Source: Paranoxybacillus vitaminiphilus
Lineage (GTDB): Bacteria; Bacillota; Bacilli; Bacillales; Anoxybacillaceae
NCBI RefSeq assembly: GCF_003259935.1
Contig: NZ_QLMH01000003.1
Location: 54,628 to 94,627, forward strand
DNA length: 40,000 bases
Direction of reading: 5' to 3'
The notes beneath the pieces are model-generated. The model did no database searches and was not told the origin of the DNA. It saw only the letters and a list, made by a program, of their open reading frames with translations. Both the position numbers and the translations under genes were made by a program. Below, in pieces: positions 1 through 7,963 of this stretch. Position 1 is the stretch's first letter. Each line of letters opens with the position of its first letter.

Positions 1-69
1 GAGCAGATTGAGAAAGCCTATATGCAGAAGAATACGGTGAATCACCAGCGCCAGGAGAGTGGGTATTGA
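1..69 (+). CDS. 3' end of a phage early-region ORF (partial)
   Basis: Frame 1 is open from nt 1 to TGA at 67-69 (..EQIEKAYMQKNTVNHQRQESGY*). The stop overlaps the next start (TTGATG). No family recognised. Confidence 0.35.
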   Translation, partial: EQIEKAYMQKNTVNHQRQESGY

Positions 70-311
70 TGAGCCTGCGACGCAAAATCAAACGTGAGAG
101 GGAGGAAACAGCTTCTCCCTTTCGCCTAGAGATCATGACTGCATGGAATCGTGGATTTGACGCAGGAGCCAAGCGACAAAATGAATTGGATACAAAAATT
201 ATATTGGAGTGGCTTGGAAAATTGGAAGAAATCCCGGGAATTGGGTCAAAGATGGCATGGAGAATCCGGGAGCATTATTTGGAGTTCATGAAGGGGAAGA
301 GAGAGGAATAA
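66..311 (+). CDS. Hypothetical phage early protein with a possible helix-hairpin-helix-like IPGIGSK motif
   Basis: ORF track. AGGAG at 53-57 lies 8 nt before TTG 66 (alternative ATG at 69). Translationally coupled to the upstream ORF. Confidence 0.5.
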   Translation: MMSLRRKIKREREETASPFRLEIMTAWNRGFDAGAKRQNELDTKIILEWLGKLEEIPGIGSKMAWRIREHYLEFMKGKREE

Positions 312-383
312 AACAAACGATGATACGTAGTACGAAGATGATATGTAATTGGCAAATCTCATACAGGAAAGAGAGGGAAGGCA

Positions 384-548
384 ATGCTCAAACCGATTAC
401 TCAAGAACAAAAATTATGGTACTCCATTGGATATTTAAAGGCTCGAGTGGAATGTTTATCAGAAAAACACGGAATCTCGAAAGAAGCCGTGTTTGATATG
501 CTAGTCCAAGAACTCAAGAAGCAGTCTCCAAACAGTAAAAAGAACTAG
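384..548 (+). CDS. Small hypothetical phage protein (54 aa, below the ORF-track cutoff)
   Basis: Hand translation: MLKPITQEQKLWYSIGYLKARVECLSEKHGISKEAVFDMLVQELKKQSPNSKKN*. A purine-rich RBS (GAGAGGGAAGG) precedes ATG 384. It fills the gap before the primase gene. Confidence 0.5.
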   Translation: MLKPITQEQKLWYSIGYLKARVECLSEKHGISKEAVFDMLVQELKKQSPNSKKN

Positions 549-558
549 GTGATCCTTT

Positions 559-2979
559 ATGCAATACGACAGACAAATCACAATATCAGCTGCAGGGAAT
601 CGAAAAGCCACGCAATGGCCAGCTCAAACGCTGTATTGGTCAGAGATGGTGGACAGGCTCCGTACAGCCGTACGAGGTACGGAAACCCTGGCGGAATACC
701 TCAAATTACCCAAACGTGAACAGGATGAATTGAAAGACGTCGGTGGGTTTGTTGGCGGGAAACTGGCCAACAATCGCCGAAAAGCCAATCACGTCATCGG
801 CAGGGACTTGATCACGTTGGATATGGATAACATTCCTGCCGGTGGCACGAATGACGTGTTACGTCGTCTTGAAGGGCTCGGCTGCGCGTATGCGGTGTAC
901 AGCACCCGTAAACATGAAGAAGCAAAACCGCGTTTACGGGTGATTGTCCCGTTGAACCGAACAGCCACAGCCGATGAATATGAGCCGTTGGCAAGAAAAC
1001 TAGCTTCTATCATTGGTATTCAGTTCATGGACCCAACCACATTTCAAGCGCATCGACTCATGTATTGGCCATCTTGTTGTGCAGATAGTCAATATGTATT
1101 CCAGTACGCAGACAAGCCATTTCTTGATGTAGACGGGTTGCTCTCGTTATACAACGATTGGCGGAATATCGACGAATGGCCGCAAGTGCCGGGAGATGAA
1201 TCCAAACATGTTCGGCTGGCGGCCAAGCAAGGCAATCCTCTTGAAAAATCAGGCGTCGTCGGGGCGTTTTGCCGCCAGTACAACATCCATCAAGCGATTG
1301 AAAAGTTTCTCCCTGGCGTTTATGAGCCGGTTGACAGCGATATGAACAGATACACCTATGTTGCCGGTTCAACCGTCGGCGGTGCTGTTGTGTATGAAAA
1401 TGGACTGTTTCTTTATTCCCACCACGCCACCGACCCTTGCAGTGGTCGGTTAGTCAACGCCTTTGACCTAGTCCGTTTGCACAAGTTTGGCGATCTTGAT
1501 GACGAAGTGAAACCGGATACCCCGACCAATCGCTTGCCTTCGTTTACGGAGATGTGCGCGTTTGCCTTGAACGATGCGGGCGTGGCGGCCATCATCAACC
1601 AGGAACGGTATGAAAGAGCTTTAGAGGATTTTGGGAAAACGGATGAACATGTTCCAGCGAAAGAAAACGACCTGAACTGGATTAGAAAGCTCAAAATTAG
1701 TCCAACTACAGGCCAACCGTTGAAAACGATTGAAAACATTCTGATCGCAATGGAAGGGGATCCTCAACTAAAAGGGAAAATACGGTTGGATACGTTTTCT
1801 GATACGATTGTCGGAATAGCCCCGTTTCCATGGGCGCCAAGGGAAGATGAAACAGGGATGTTCCGGTGGACCGGCAAGGATGATTCCGGGCTGGCCATAT
1901 ATATTGAAAAAATACTAGGCTTTCAGTCGCGCGAAAAGCTCGAACATGCTTTGAATCAATGTGCTTCTAAGAACCGATTTAATCCTGTGGTGGACTATTT
2001 AAACAGCTTAAAATGGGATGGGGTTAAACGATTAGATACTTTATTTATTGATTACTTAGGGGCGGCTGATACGCCTTATACAAGGGCTGTTACACGTAAA
2101 TCTTTTGTTGCTGCAGTCGCAAGAGCGATGACGCCAGGCATTAAATATGACACCATGCCCGTTTTAACCGGCGCGCAAGGATTAGGAAAAACGACTCTCA
2201 TTCAAAAAATGGGGAAATCTTGGTTTTCCAACAGTATTGAGACCTTTGAAGGAAAAGAAGCCGTGGAGTTGCTGCAAGGGGTCTGGATTGTAGAGATTGG
2301 AGAAATGAGCGCTTATAACAAGTCGGATTTGAATGTGATTAAAGGCTTCTTAAGCCGGACGGAGGATCAATACCGGGCGGCTTATGCAAGAAAAGCTGAA
2401 AAACACCCGAGACGCTGCGTGTTTTTTGGAACTAGCAACCGATATGACTATTTAAAGGATTCGACCGGCGGTAGACGTTTTTGGCCAGTTGATGTAGGCA
2501 TACAAAAACCAACTAAAAATGTTTTCACCGACTTAGATGGGGAAGTGGATCAGTTGTGGGCAGAAGCCGTGATGTATTGGCGGCTGGGCGAGTCGCTGAT
2601 TCTAAGTGGCGAACTTGAGGAAGAAGCGAAAAGACAACAGGAAGGACATGCTGAGCAGGATCCAAGAGAAGGCATGATTCGAGAATTCGTGGAACGAAAA
2701 GTGCCAGTTGATTGGCAGAAACGAGATATCGGGTCAAGAAGACTCTACTGGTCATCGGAATTCGGCAAGATTGAAACCGAAACAGTGGAACGAGATCGAA
2801 TCTGCGCAGCCGAGATATGGGTAGAATGCTTGGGTGGAGAAATTCGCAATATGAAACGATCTGATACAATGGCCATCAACGATATACTAGACAAAATCGA
2901 AGGGTGGCAAAAGCAGAAAAATCCTTATCGATACGGGCCTTACGGATTAATAAAAGGTGGATATATCCGCACGAAATAA
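559..2979 (+). CDS. Phage DNA primase/helicase, VirE (virulence-associated protein E) / P4-type, with an N-terminal primase-polymerase-like region
   Basis: 806 aa. Walker A motif GAQGLGKTT, followed by VWIVEIGEM and RRFWPV motifs typical of VirE/P4 alpha-type NTPases. RBS AGGTGA lies 8 nt upstream. Confidence 0.85.
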   Translation: MQYDRQITISAAGNRKATQWPAQTLYWSEMVDRLRTAVRGTETLAEYLKLPKREQDELKDVGGFVGGKLANNRRKANHVIGRDLITLDMDNIPAGGTNDVLRRLEGLGCAYAVYSTRKHEEAKPRLRVIVPLNRTATADEYEPLARKLASIIGIQFMDPTTFQAHRLMYWPSCCADSQYVFQYADKPFLDVDGLLSLYNDWRNIDEWPQVPGDESKHVRLAAKQGNPLEKSGVVGAFCRQYNIHQAIEKFLPGVYEPVDSDMNRYTYVAGSTVGGAVVYENGLFLYSHHATDPCSGRLVNAFDLVRLHKFGDLDDEVKPDTPTNRLPSFTEMCAFALNDAGVAAIINQERYERALEDFGKTDEHVPAKENDLNWIRKLKISPTTGQPLKTIENILIAMEGDPQLKGKIRLDTFSDTIVGIAPFPWAPREDETGMFRWTGKDDSGLAIYIEKILGFQSREKLEHALNQCASKNRFNPVVDYLNSLKWDGVKRLDTLFIDYLGAADTPYTRAVTRKSFVAAVARAMTPGIKYDTMPVLTGAQGLGKTTLIQKMGKSWFSNSIETFEGKEAVELLQGVWIVEIGEMSAYNKSDLNVIKGFLSRTEDQYRAAYARKAEKHPRRCVFFGTSNRYDYLKDSTGGRRFWPVDVGIQKPTKNVFTDLDGEVDQLWAEAVMYWRLGESLILSGELEEEAKRQQEGHAEQDPREGMIREFVERKVPVDWQKRDIGSRRLYWSSEFGKIETETVERDRICAAEIWVECLGGEIRNMKRSDTMAINDILDKIEGWQKQKNPYRYGPYGLIKGGYIRTK

Positions 2980-2991
2980 GAACGTGCGTTT

Positions 2992-3152
2992 GTATACTTT
3001 CTTAGTATACTTTGACTTGTTTTGTATACTTACCAAAAAAAGGTAACGTATACCTTGTATACTTTGAAAAAATGAGAAAGTATACAAGAAAGTATACGCC
3101 CAATTCCTTGATACAGCTATTTTTATTATATTTTGTATACTTTGTATACCTT
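2992..3152. repeat. Array of nine GTATAC-core 9-mers (consensus GTATAC(T/C)TT), seven direct and two inverted, followed by an A/T-rich tract. Candidate replication-origin iterons or operator array.
   Basis: GTATAC occurs at 2992, 3005, 3024, 3048, 3057, 3135 and 3144 (direct) and at 3080 and 3092 (as AAAGTATAC). The array is intergenic, directly after the primase gene. Confidence 0.75.
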
Positions 3153-3290
3153 ATATAAAAGAAAATAAAAAAATAGAGGATTTAGAGAAATTAGGAGCGT
3201 GTTTATACTGCCTAACGCCCTATTTTTACACTATATATGCGCATATGGAAACAAAGTAGACAAAGTAGACAAGCAAGGAGGCATTGGTCG

Positions 3291-3566
3291 GTGAGAGAAA
3301 AAGAGATTGAAGAATATCTACGCAAACGAGTGAAGGAACACGGGGGCATTGCCTACAAATTCGAATCGCCAGGGAATGCAGGAGTGCCTGACCGCATTGT
3401 CGTTTTTCCGGGCGGCCGTATCATCTTTGTTGAGTTGAAAGCGCCAAGGAAAAAGCCGACAAAGTTGCAACTGGCGCAGCATCGAAAACTAACAAATTTG
3501 GGATGTACGGTTTTAGTCATAGACAGCAAAGAACAAGTAGATGAATTCATCAAGTGTTACGGATAG
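3291..3566 (+). CDS. VRR-NUC domain nuclease
   Basis: PD-(D/E)xK-type motif GVPDRIVVFPGGRIIFVELKAP. AAGGAGG at 3275-3281 lies 9 nt before GTG 3291, so the track start at 3237 is probably too far upstream. Confidence 0.8.
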   Translation: MREKEIEEYLRKRVKEHGGIAYKFESPGNAGVPDRIVVFPGGRIIFVELKAPRKKPTKLQLAQHRKLTNLGCTVLVIDSKEQVDEFIKCYG

Positions 3567-3578
3567 AGGTGTTGGAGA

Positions 3579-4955
3579 ATGAAGTTTATACCGCACGCAT
3601 ACCAGCGATACTGTATCAATCGACTACTAAACACGCCCGCGCTCGGCTTGTTTTTGGATATGGGCCTTGGCAAGACGGTTATTACGTTAACCGCCATCAA
3701 TGATCTAAAATACAATCGATTTGCGGTCAACAAAGTGCTAGTCATCGCACCGAAGAAGGTAGCCGAAAGCACGTGGGACCGAGAAGCGAAAAAGTGGGAT
3801 CACTTGCAGTTGTTGCGTTTTTCCGTTTGCTTGGGATCTGAAAACAAACGGATCCGGGCACTGAACACACCAGCCGATATCTACGTCATCAACCGGGAGA
3901 ACGTGCCTTGGTTAGTCGAGTATTATCGGAATCAGTGGCCGTTTGATATGGTCGTCGTCGATGAGTTTTCGTCTTTCAAGAACCATCAATCCAAGCGATT
4001 CAAAGCGTTGAAGTGGGTACGGCCCCACATCAAACGGATGGTGGGACTGACCGGGACGCCGGCGCCAAACGGGTTGTTGGATCTTTGGGCGCAAGTGTAC
4101 CTGCTGGATGGCGGACAACGGCTGGGAAAAACCATCACCGGATTCCGGGAACGGTATTTCGAGCCGGACCAACGGAATCGCGATCGAGTATTTACATATG
4201 CACCGAAAACCGGGGCCGACCAAGCGATTCAAAATCTCATCGGTGATATTTGCGTCAGTATGAAAGCAGAAGACTATTTAGAATTGCCGGATATCATCTA
4301 CAATACAGTGCCGGTCAAGTTAGACAGTAAAGCCAAAAAAGCCTATAACAAGTTGGAAACTGAAATGCTTCTTCAAGTGGATGGCGCCACGATTGACGCC
4401 GGATCCGCCGCGGTTCTTACAAACAAGTTACTGCAGCTGTGCAACGGCGCCGTCTATGACGAAGATCGAAACATCGTCAATATCCATGACTGCAAGATTG
4501 AAGCGTTTATGGAGTTGATTGAAGGATTGAATGGGAAACCTGCCTTGGTGTTTTACAATTTTCAACACGACAAAGATCGTTTGATAAAAGCTTTGGCCAA
4601 AACAGGTTTAAGGGTAAGAGAGCTAAAGACACCGCAAGACGAAACAGATTGGAATAACAGACAGATTGATATTTTACTAGCCCACCCAGCAAGCACGGCA
4701 TACGGACTAAACTTGCAGCAAGGAGGAAATCACGTCATTTGGTTTGGACTTAATTGGAGTTTGGAACTCTATCAGCAAGCAAACAAACGTCTTCACCGGC
4801 AAGGACAAACTGAAAAAGTCATCGTTCACCATTTAGTGGTTGAAGGGGGAGTGGATGAAGACGTGGTAGCTGCTTTATCAGATAAATCAAGCACACAAGA
4901 ACGTTTGTTGCAAGCGTTGAAAGCGAGAATTGAAAAGGTGCAGGAGGGTGCATGA
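3579..4955 (+). CDS. SNF2-family DEAD/H helicase
   Basis: Motif I LGLGKT, motif II VVVDEFSSFKN, and a C-terminal helicase domain (YGLNLQ, HRQGQ). Confidence 0.9.
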   Translation: MKFIPHAYQRYCINRLLNTPALGLFLDMGLGKTVITLTAINDLKYNRFAVNKVLVIAPKKVAESTWDREAKKWDHLQLLRFSVCLGSENKRIRALNTPADIYVINRENVPWLVEYYRNQWPFDMVVVDEFSSFKNHQSKRFKALKWVRPHIKRMVGLTGTPAPNGLLDLWAQVYLLDGGQRLGKTITGFRERYFEPDQRNRDRVFTYAPKTGADQAIQNLIGDICVSMKAEDYLELPDIIYNTVPVKLDSKAKKAYNKLETEMLLQVDGATIDAGSAAVLTNKLLQLCNGAVYDEDRNIVNIHDCKIEAFMELIEGLNGKPALVFYNFQHDKDRLIKALAKTGLRVRELKTPQDETDWNNRQIDILLAHPASTAYGLNLQQGGNHVIWFGLNWSLELYQQANKRLHRQGQTEKVIVHHLVVEGGVDEDVVAALSDKSSTQERLLQALKARIEKVQEGA

Positions 4956-4956
4956 C

Positions 4957-5487
4957 GTGAAACTAAGTGAAAAGCAAATAGAGACGATTTCGAAAATCGC
5001 CGCACAAGCAGTTTTAGAACATCTTGAAAAAGAAAGACAAAAACAAGAAAAAGAGAAACGTGATCGTCGTTTACGAAATACAAAATTGCTTTTAAGAAAC
5101 TACCGAAATTTTAAACGTCATTGCGAATCAATCCCTCAAGAGCTGAAAAATTTAGACGAGCATTTGCAGTTGGACGAGTGGGGGAAAGAGGAACTAGCGA
5201 TTGAATCGATCAAACGCAGTAAAGAACGAACGATGGCGATGGTGAAGTTCATCGATAAAATGTTGGCAGTTTATAAAGTGATGTGTGATTTGTCTGAAAA
5301 AGAAGAAGACAAGCGAAGTTATCAAACAATATATCTTTTGTACATTTCCGATAAAAAATTTACAGCAGCCGAAATTGCGACATGTCATAAAACTGACATT
5401 CGAACGGTTTATCGAGATGTAGAACGAGCGTGCAAAGCCTTGTCAACACTGATATTTGGAGTTGATAGTATCAGATTCTATGAATGA
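4957..5487 (+). CDS. Putative late-gene transcriptional activator (ArpU/RinA-like, sigma-70 region-4-like C-terminal HTH)
   Basis: LLLRNYRNFKR motif and a C-terminal segment FTAAEIATCHKTDIRTVYRDVERACKAL. It sits immediately upstream of the packaging module. AGGAGGG at 4942-4948 lies 8 nt before GTG 4957. Confidence 0.55.
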   Translation: MKLSEKQIETISKIAAQAVLEHLEKERQKQEKEKRDRRLRNTKLLLRNYRNFKRHCESIPQELKNLDEHLQLDEWGKEELAIESIKRSKERTMAMVKFIDKMLAVYKVMCDLSEKEEDKRSYQTIYLLYISDKKFTAAEIATCHKTDIRTVYRDVERACKALSTLIFGVDSIRFYE

Positions 5488-5577
5488 CAGTTCGTGTCAA
5501 AAAGACGTCATTTACAGGTCTATAGGACAGTGCTATGATGATAGTGTGACAAAGTTTATAATCAGCTAATTAGGATG

Positions 5578-5609
5578 AAAGCAATCCGAATCGGATTGCT
5601 TTTTTATTT
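5578..5609 (+). terminator. Rho-independent terminator
   Basis: GCAATCCGA-a-TCGGATTGC stem (5581-5599) followed by TTTTTT. Confidence 0.7.
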
Positions 5610-5628
5610 ATTATTTCCTCCCATTTCG

Positions 5629-5660
5629 AGTGTCCGGCTTTGAGTCGGACACTTATTTTA
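5629..5660 (+). terminator. Terminator-like hairpin
   Basis: AGTGTCCG (5629-5636) pairs with CGGACACT (5646-5653), followed by TATTTTAT. The U-tract is weaker than in the neighbouring terminators. Confidence 0.45.
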
Positions 5661-5679
5661 TCGCATTGGGGTGATCGGG

Positions 5680-5844
5680 ATGTTTAAGTTATACGAACAA
5701 TTATCTAACGATGAAATTCAAAAACTAAAGAAAATAAATCATACAAAAAAGACGGAGAAAATGAGCAAACGAGATTGGTTAGAAATTATGGGAGTCAATC
5801 GCCCGAAATATAAACGTGTTCGTGGGGCGATTAGGAGGAAGTAA
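5680..5844 (+). CDS. Small basic hypothetical protein (54 aa, below track cutoff)
   Basis: Hand translation: MFKLYEQLSNDEIQKLKKINHTKKTEKMSKRDWLEIMGVNRPKYKRVRGAIRRK*. A GGGGTGA RBS-like motif lies upstream. Confidence 0.45.
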   Translation: MFKLYEQLSNDEIQKLKKINHTKKTEKMSKRDWLEIMGVNRPKYKRVRGAIRRK

Positions 5845-5851
5845 TTTATCG

Positions 5852-5882
5852 GTATTTTTGATGACTTCGTCATCAAAAATAC
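5852..5882. repeat. 31-bp perfect palindrome GTATTTTTGATGAC-TTC-GTCATCAAAAATAC
   Basis: Read directly: a 14-bp perfect inverted repeat with a 3-nt spacer and no adjacent U-tract. Confidence 0.8.
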
Positions 5883-5992
5883 TACACACGCATCGTTTTT
5901 TCCTTCAAAGAATTTTGTCTTGTTTTGTCGAACGGATGATGTAGGAAAATGATTCCTTTTGTCTAATTAAGTAGGTGAAAGGAGGCTTTTGT

Positions 5993-6142
5993 ATGGAATT
6001 AGAATTAAAGAGAATAGGTCAACTAATCGCACCATGGGGAGGTACCCGTACATCCGTTGAGTTTTTCAGAAAATACCGCGAAGCATTTGAGAAAGTAGAA
6101 TCTAAAGTTCATAGCTTAGAAAGTTTTGAGATATCTAAGTAA
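5993..6142 (+). CDS. Small hypothetical protein (49 aa, below track cutoff)
   Basis: Hand translation: MELELKRIGQLIAPWGGTRTSVEFFRKYREAFEKVESKVHSLESFEISK*. A strong RBS (AAAGGAGG) lies 7-8 nt upstream of ATG 5993. Confidence 0.5.
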   Translation: MELELKRIGQLIAPWGGTRTSVEFFRKYREAFEKVESKVHSLESFEISK

Positions 6143-6143
6143 A

Positions 6144-6172
6144 GCATCTCTTCGGAGGTGCTTTTTTATTTG
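6144..6172 (+). terminator. Rho-independent terminator immediately upstream of terS
   Basis: AGCATCTC-TTCG-GAGGTGCT (8 bp with one G-U pair and a UUCG loop), followed by TTTTTTATTT. Confidence 0.75.
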
Positions 6173-6191
6173 GAGGCAGGTGAGAATGTAG

Positions 6192-6701
6192 ATGCGAAAG
6201 TTGACAGAAAAGCAAAAACGGTTTGTAGAGGAGTATTTAATTGATTTAAATGGAACACAGGCTGCGATTCGTGCTGGCTATAGTCCGAAAACCGCAGCTG
6301 AACAAGCTTCACGATTGTTAAAAAACGTTAAGGTTCGCGCGTATATAGACGAACGCATGGCGGAGCTTTCAAAGCGGACAGGTGTTAATCAAGAGCGTGT
6401 TTTGCGAGAATTGGCCCGTATCGCATTTGTGAACGCTCCAGACCTTATTGATATGACAAATGCAACCATTCGTGAAGACGCTACGATTGATGATACAGCT
6501 ACAATCGCAAGTGTAAAAGTAAAAATCATTCCGACAGAAAATGGCCAAGGGGTGGAAAGGGAAATTCGGTTAGCCGATAAAATCCGAGCACTTGATTTGC
6601 TTGGAAAACGATTTGCAATGTGGACCGAACGCCAACAAATCGACGCAAATTTTGGCATCCAAATCATCGATGACATTGGTGGGATAGATGAAGCAGATTA
6701 G
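6192..6701 (+). CDS. terS: Terminase small subunit (P27/Terminase_2 type)
   Basis: The N-terminus LTEKQKRFVEEYLIDLNGTQAAIRAGYSPKTAAEQASRLLKNVKV is the classic TerS HTH signature. It overlaps terL. Confidence 0.9.
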   Translation: MRKLTEKQKRFVEEYLIDLNGTQAAIRAGYSPKTAAEQASRLLKNVKVRAYIDERMAELSKRTGVNQERVLRELARIAFVNAPDLIDMTNATIREDATIDDTATIASVKVKIIPTENGQGVEREIRLADKIRALDLLGKRFAMWTERQQIDANFGIQIIDDIGGIDEAD

Positions 6702-7950
6702 ACTTTCTGAAATCTTCACGCCGACATTCCAAAAGGTCTGGGCGCTTGTGAAAGAACAGTGTTACTTGCGTTATGTTATGAAAGGTGGGCGTGGGAGCGC
6801 AAAGTCTACGCACATCGCCATGATGGTGTTGCTACTTATTATGAGATTCCCAGTTACGGCGTTAGTTGTTCGGCGTGTGGGGAACACGCTGGCGGATTCG
6901 GTACTGGAACAGTTGAAAGAAGCGATGGAGATATTAGGTGTGACCGAGTATTTTCAGGTTACAGTCAATCCGATGCGGATTACTTATCTACCGAGAGGAA
7001 ACCGTATTTTGTTTCGTGGCGCCGATGATCCACAAAAAATCAAATCGATTAAAGCATCGAAGTTCCCACTGGCAATCATGTGGATTGAGGAGCTGGCCGA
7101 GTTTAAGACGGAAGAAGAAGTGTCCGTCATCGAAAAATCGGTGTTACGCGGACAGCTGCCGCCAGGAATACGTTATACGTTTTTTTACAGTTACAACCCG
7201 CCGAAACGGAAACAGTCTTGGGTCAATCAAAAGTATGAAACGCAATTTGTCCCTGAAAATACTTTTGTCCACCATTCAACGTATCTGGACAACCCGTTTT
7301 TGTCAAAGGATTTCATCGAAGAGGCGGAGCATACGAAACGAACGAATGAAATGAAATATAGACATGAATATCTTGGTGAACCAATTGGTAGTGGTGTGGT
7401 GCCGTTTGATAATTTGGTGTTTCGAACGATTACAGACGGTGAAATTAAACGATTTGATAACATCCGCCAGGGAATTGACTGGGGTTATGGTGTGGATCCG
7501 TTTGCGTTTGTGCGTTGGCACTATGATAAAACACGGCGAACGATTTATGCGATTGATGAAATATATGGTGTGAAGCTGTCGAATCGTGAAGCAGCCGAAA
7601 AAATCAAAGCAAAAAACTATCATCTCGAACCGATTATTGCGGACAGTGCCGAACCAAAGTCGGTGGATGAGATGAAGAAAGAGCACGGCATTCCGCGAAT
7701 TAAAGGCGCTAAGAAGGGGGCGGGAAGCGTGGAATACGGCGAGAAGTGGCTTGATGACTTAGAAGCGATTATCATTGATCCGAAGCGCACTCCAAACATT
7801 GCGAGGGAGTTTGAATCGATCGATTACCAAGTTGACGCAGACGGCAATCCAAAACCAAAGCTGGAGGATAAAAATAACCATACGATCGATGCCACACGGT
7901 ATGCGTTTGAAGATGATATGAAACGGCCATCCGTATCAATCTTGAAATAG
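6688..7950 (+). CDS. terL: Terminase large subunit (PBSX/Terminase_3 type)
   Basis: Walker A motif KGGRGSAKS, an IMWIEE Walker B-like motif, and a C-terminal nuclease region. Located after terS. Confidence 0.92.
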   Translation: MKQIRLSEIFTPTFQKVWALVKEQCYLRYVMKGGRGSAKSTHIAMMVLLLIMRFPVTALVVRRVGNTLADSVLEQLKEAMEILGVTEYFQVTVNPMRITYLPRGNRILFRGADDPQKIKSIKASKFPLAIMWIEELAEFKTEEEVSVIEKSVLRGQLPPGIRYTFFYSYNPPKRKQSWVNQKYETQFVPENTFVHHSTYLDNPFLSKDFIEEAEHTKRTNEMKYRHEYLGEPIGSGVVPFDNLVFRTITDGEIKRFDNIRQGIDWGYGVDPFAFVRWHYDKTRRTIYAIDEIYGVKLSNREAAEKIKAKNYHLEPIIADSAEPKSVDEMKKEHGIPRIKGAKKGAGSVEYGEKWLDDLEAIIIDPKRTPNIAREFESIDYQVDADGNPKPKLEDKNNHTIDATRYAFEDDMKRPSVSILK

Positions 7951-7963
7951 AGGAGGTGATCGC

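Noticed and set aside
209-496. 95-aa track ORF overlapping 66..311
   Set aside because: It overlaps the better-supported ORF in another frame and has no RBS. A different frame contains a 54-aa ORF (384..548) with a proper RBS that ends just before the primase gene.
3251-3277. Tandem 9-mer ACAAAGTAG x2 (plus a degenerate third copy, ACAAGCAAG) just upstream of the VRR-NUC start
   Set aside because: It is real in the sequence, but it is very short, with only two exact copies. It lies in the untranslated leader next to the RBS. There is insufficient evidence for a specific function beyond possibly belonging to the adjacent iteron/regulatory region.
6759-7686. Alternative-frame ORFs inside terL (6759..7028, 7016..7354, 7364..7573 on +; 7227..7463 and 7303..7686 on -)
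   Set aside because: All are embedded in the terminase large subunit gene, whose frame carries the Walker A and nuclease motifs. The alternative frames have no family resemblance.
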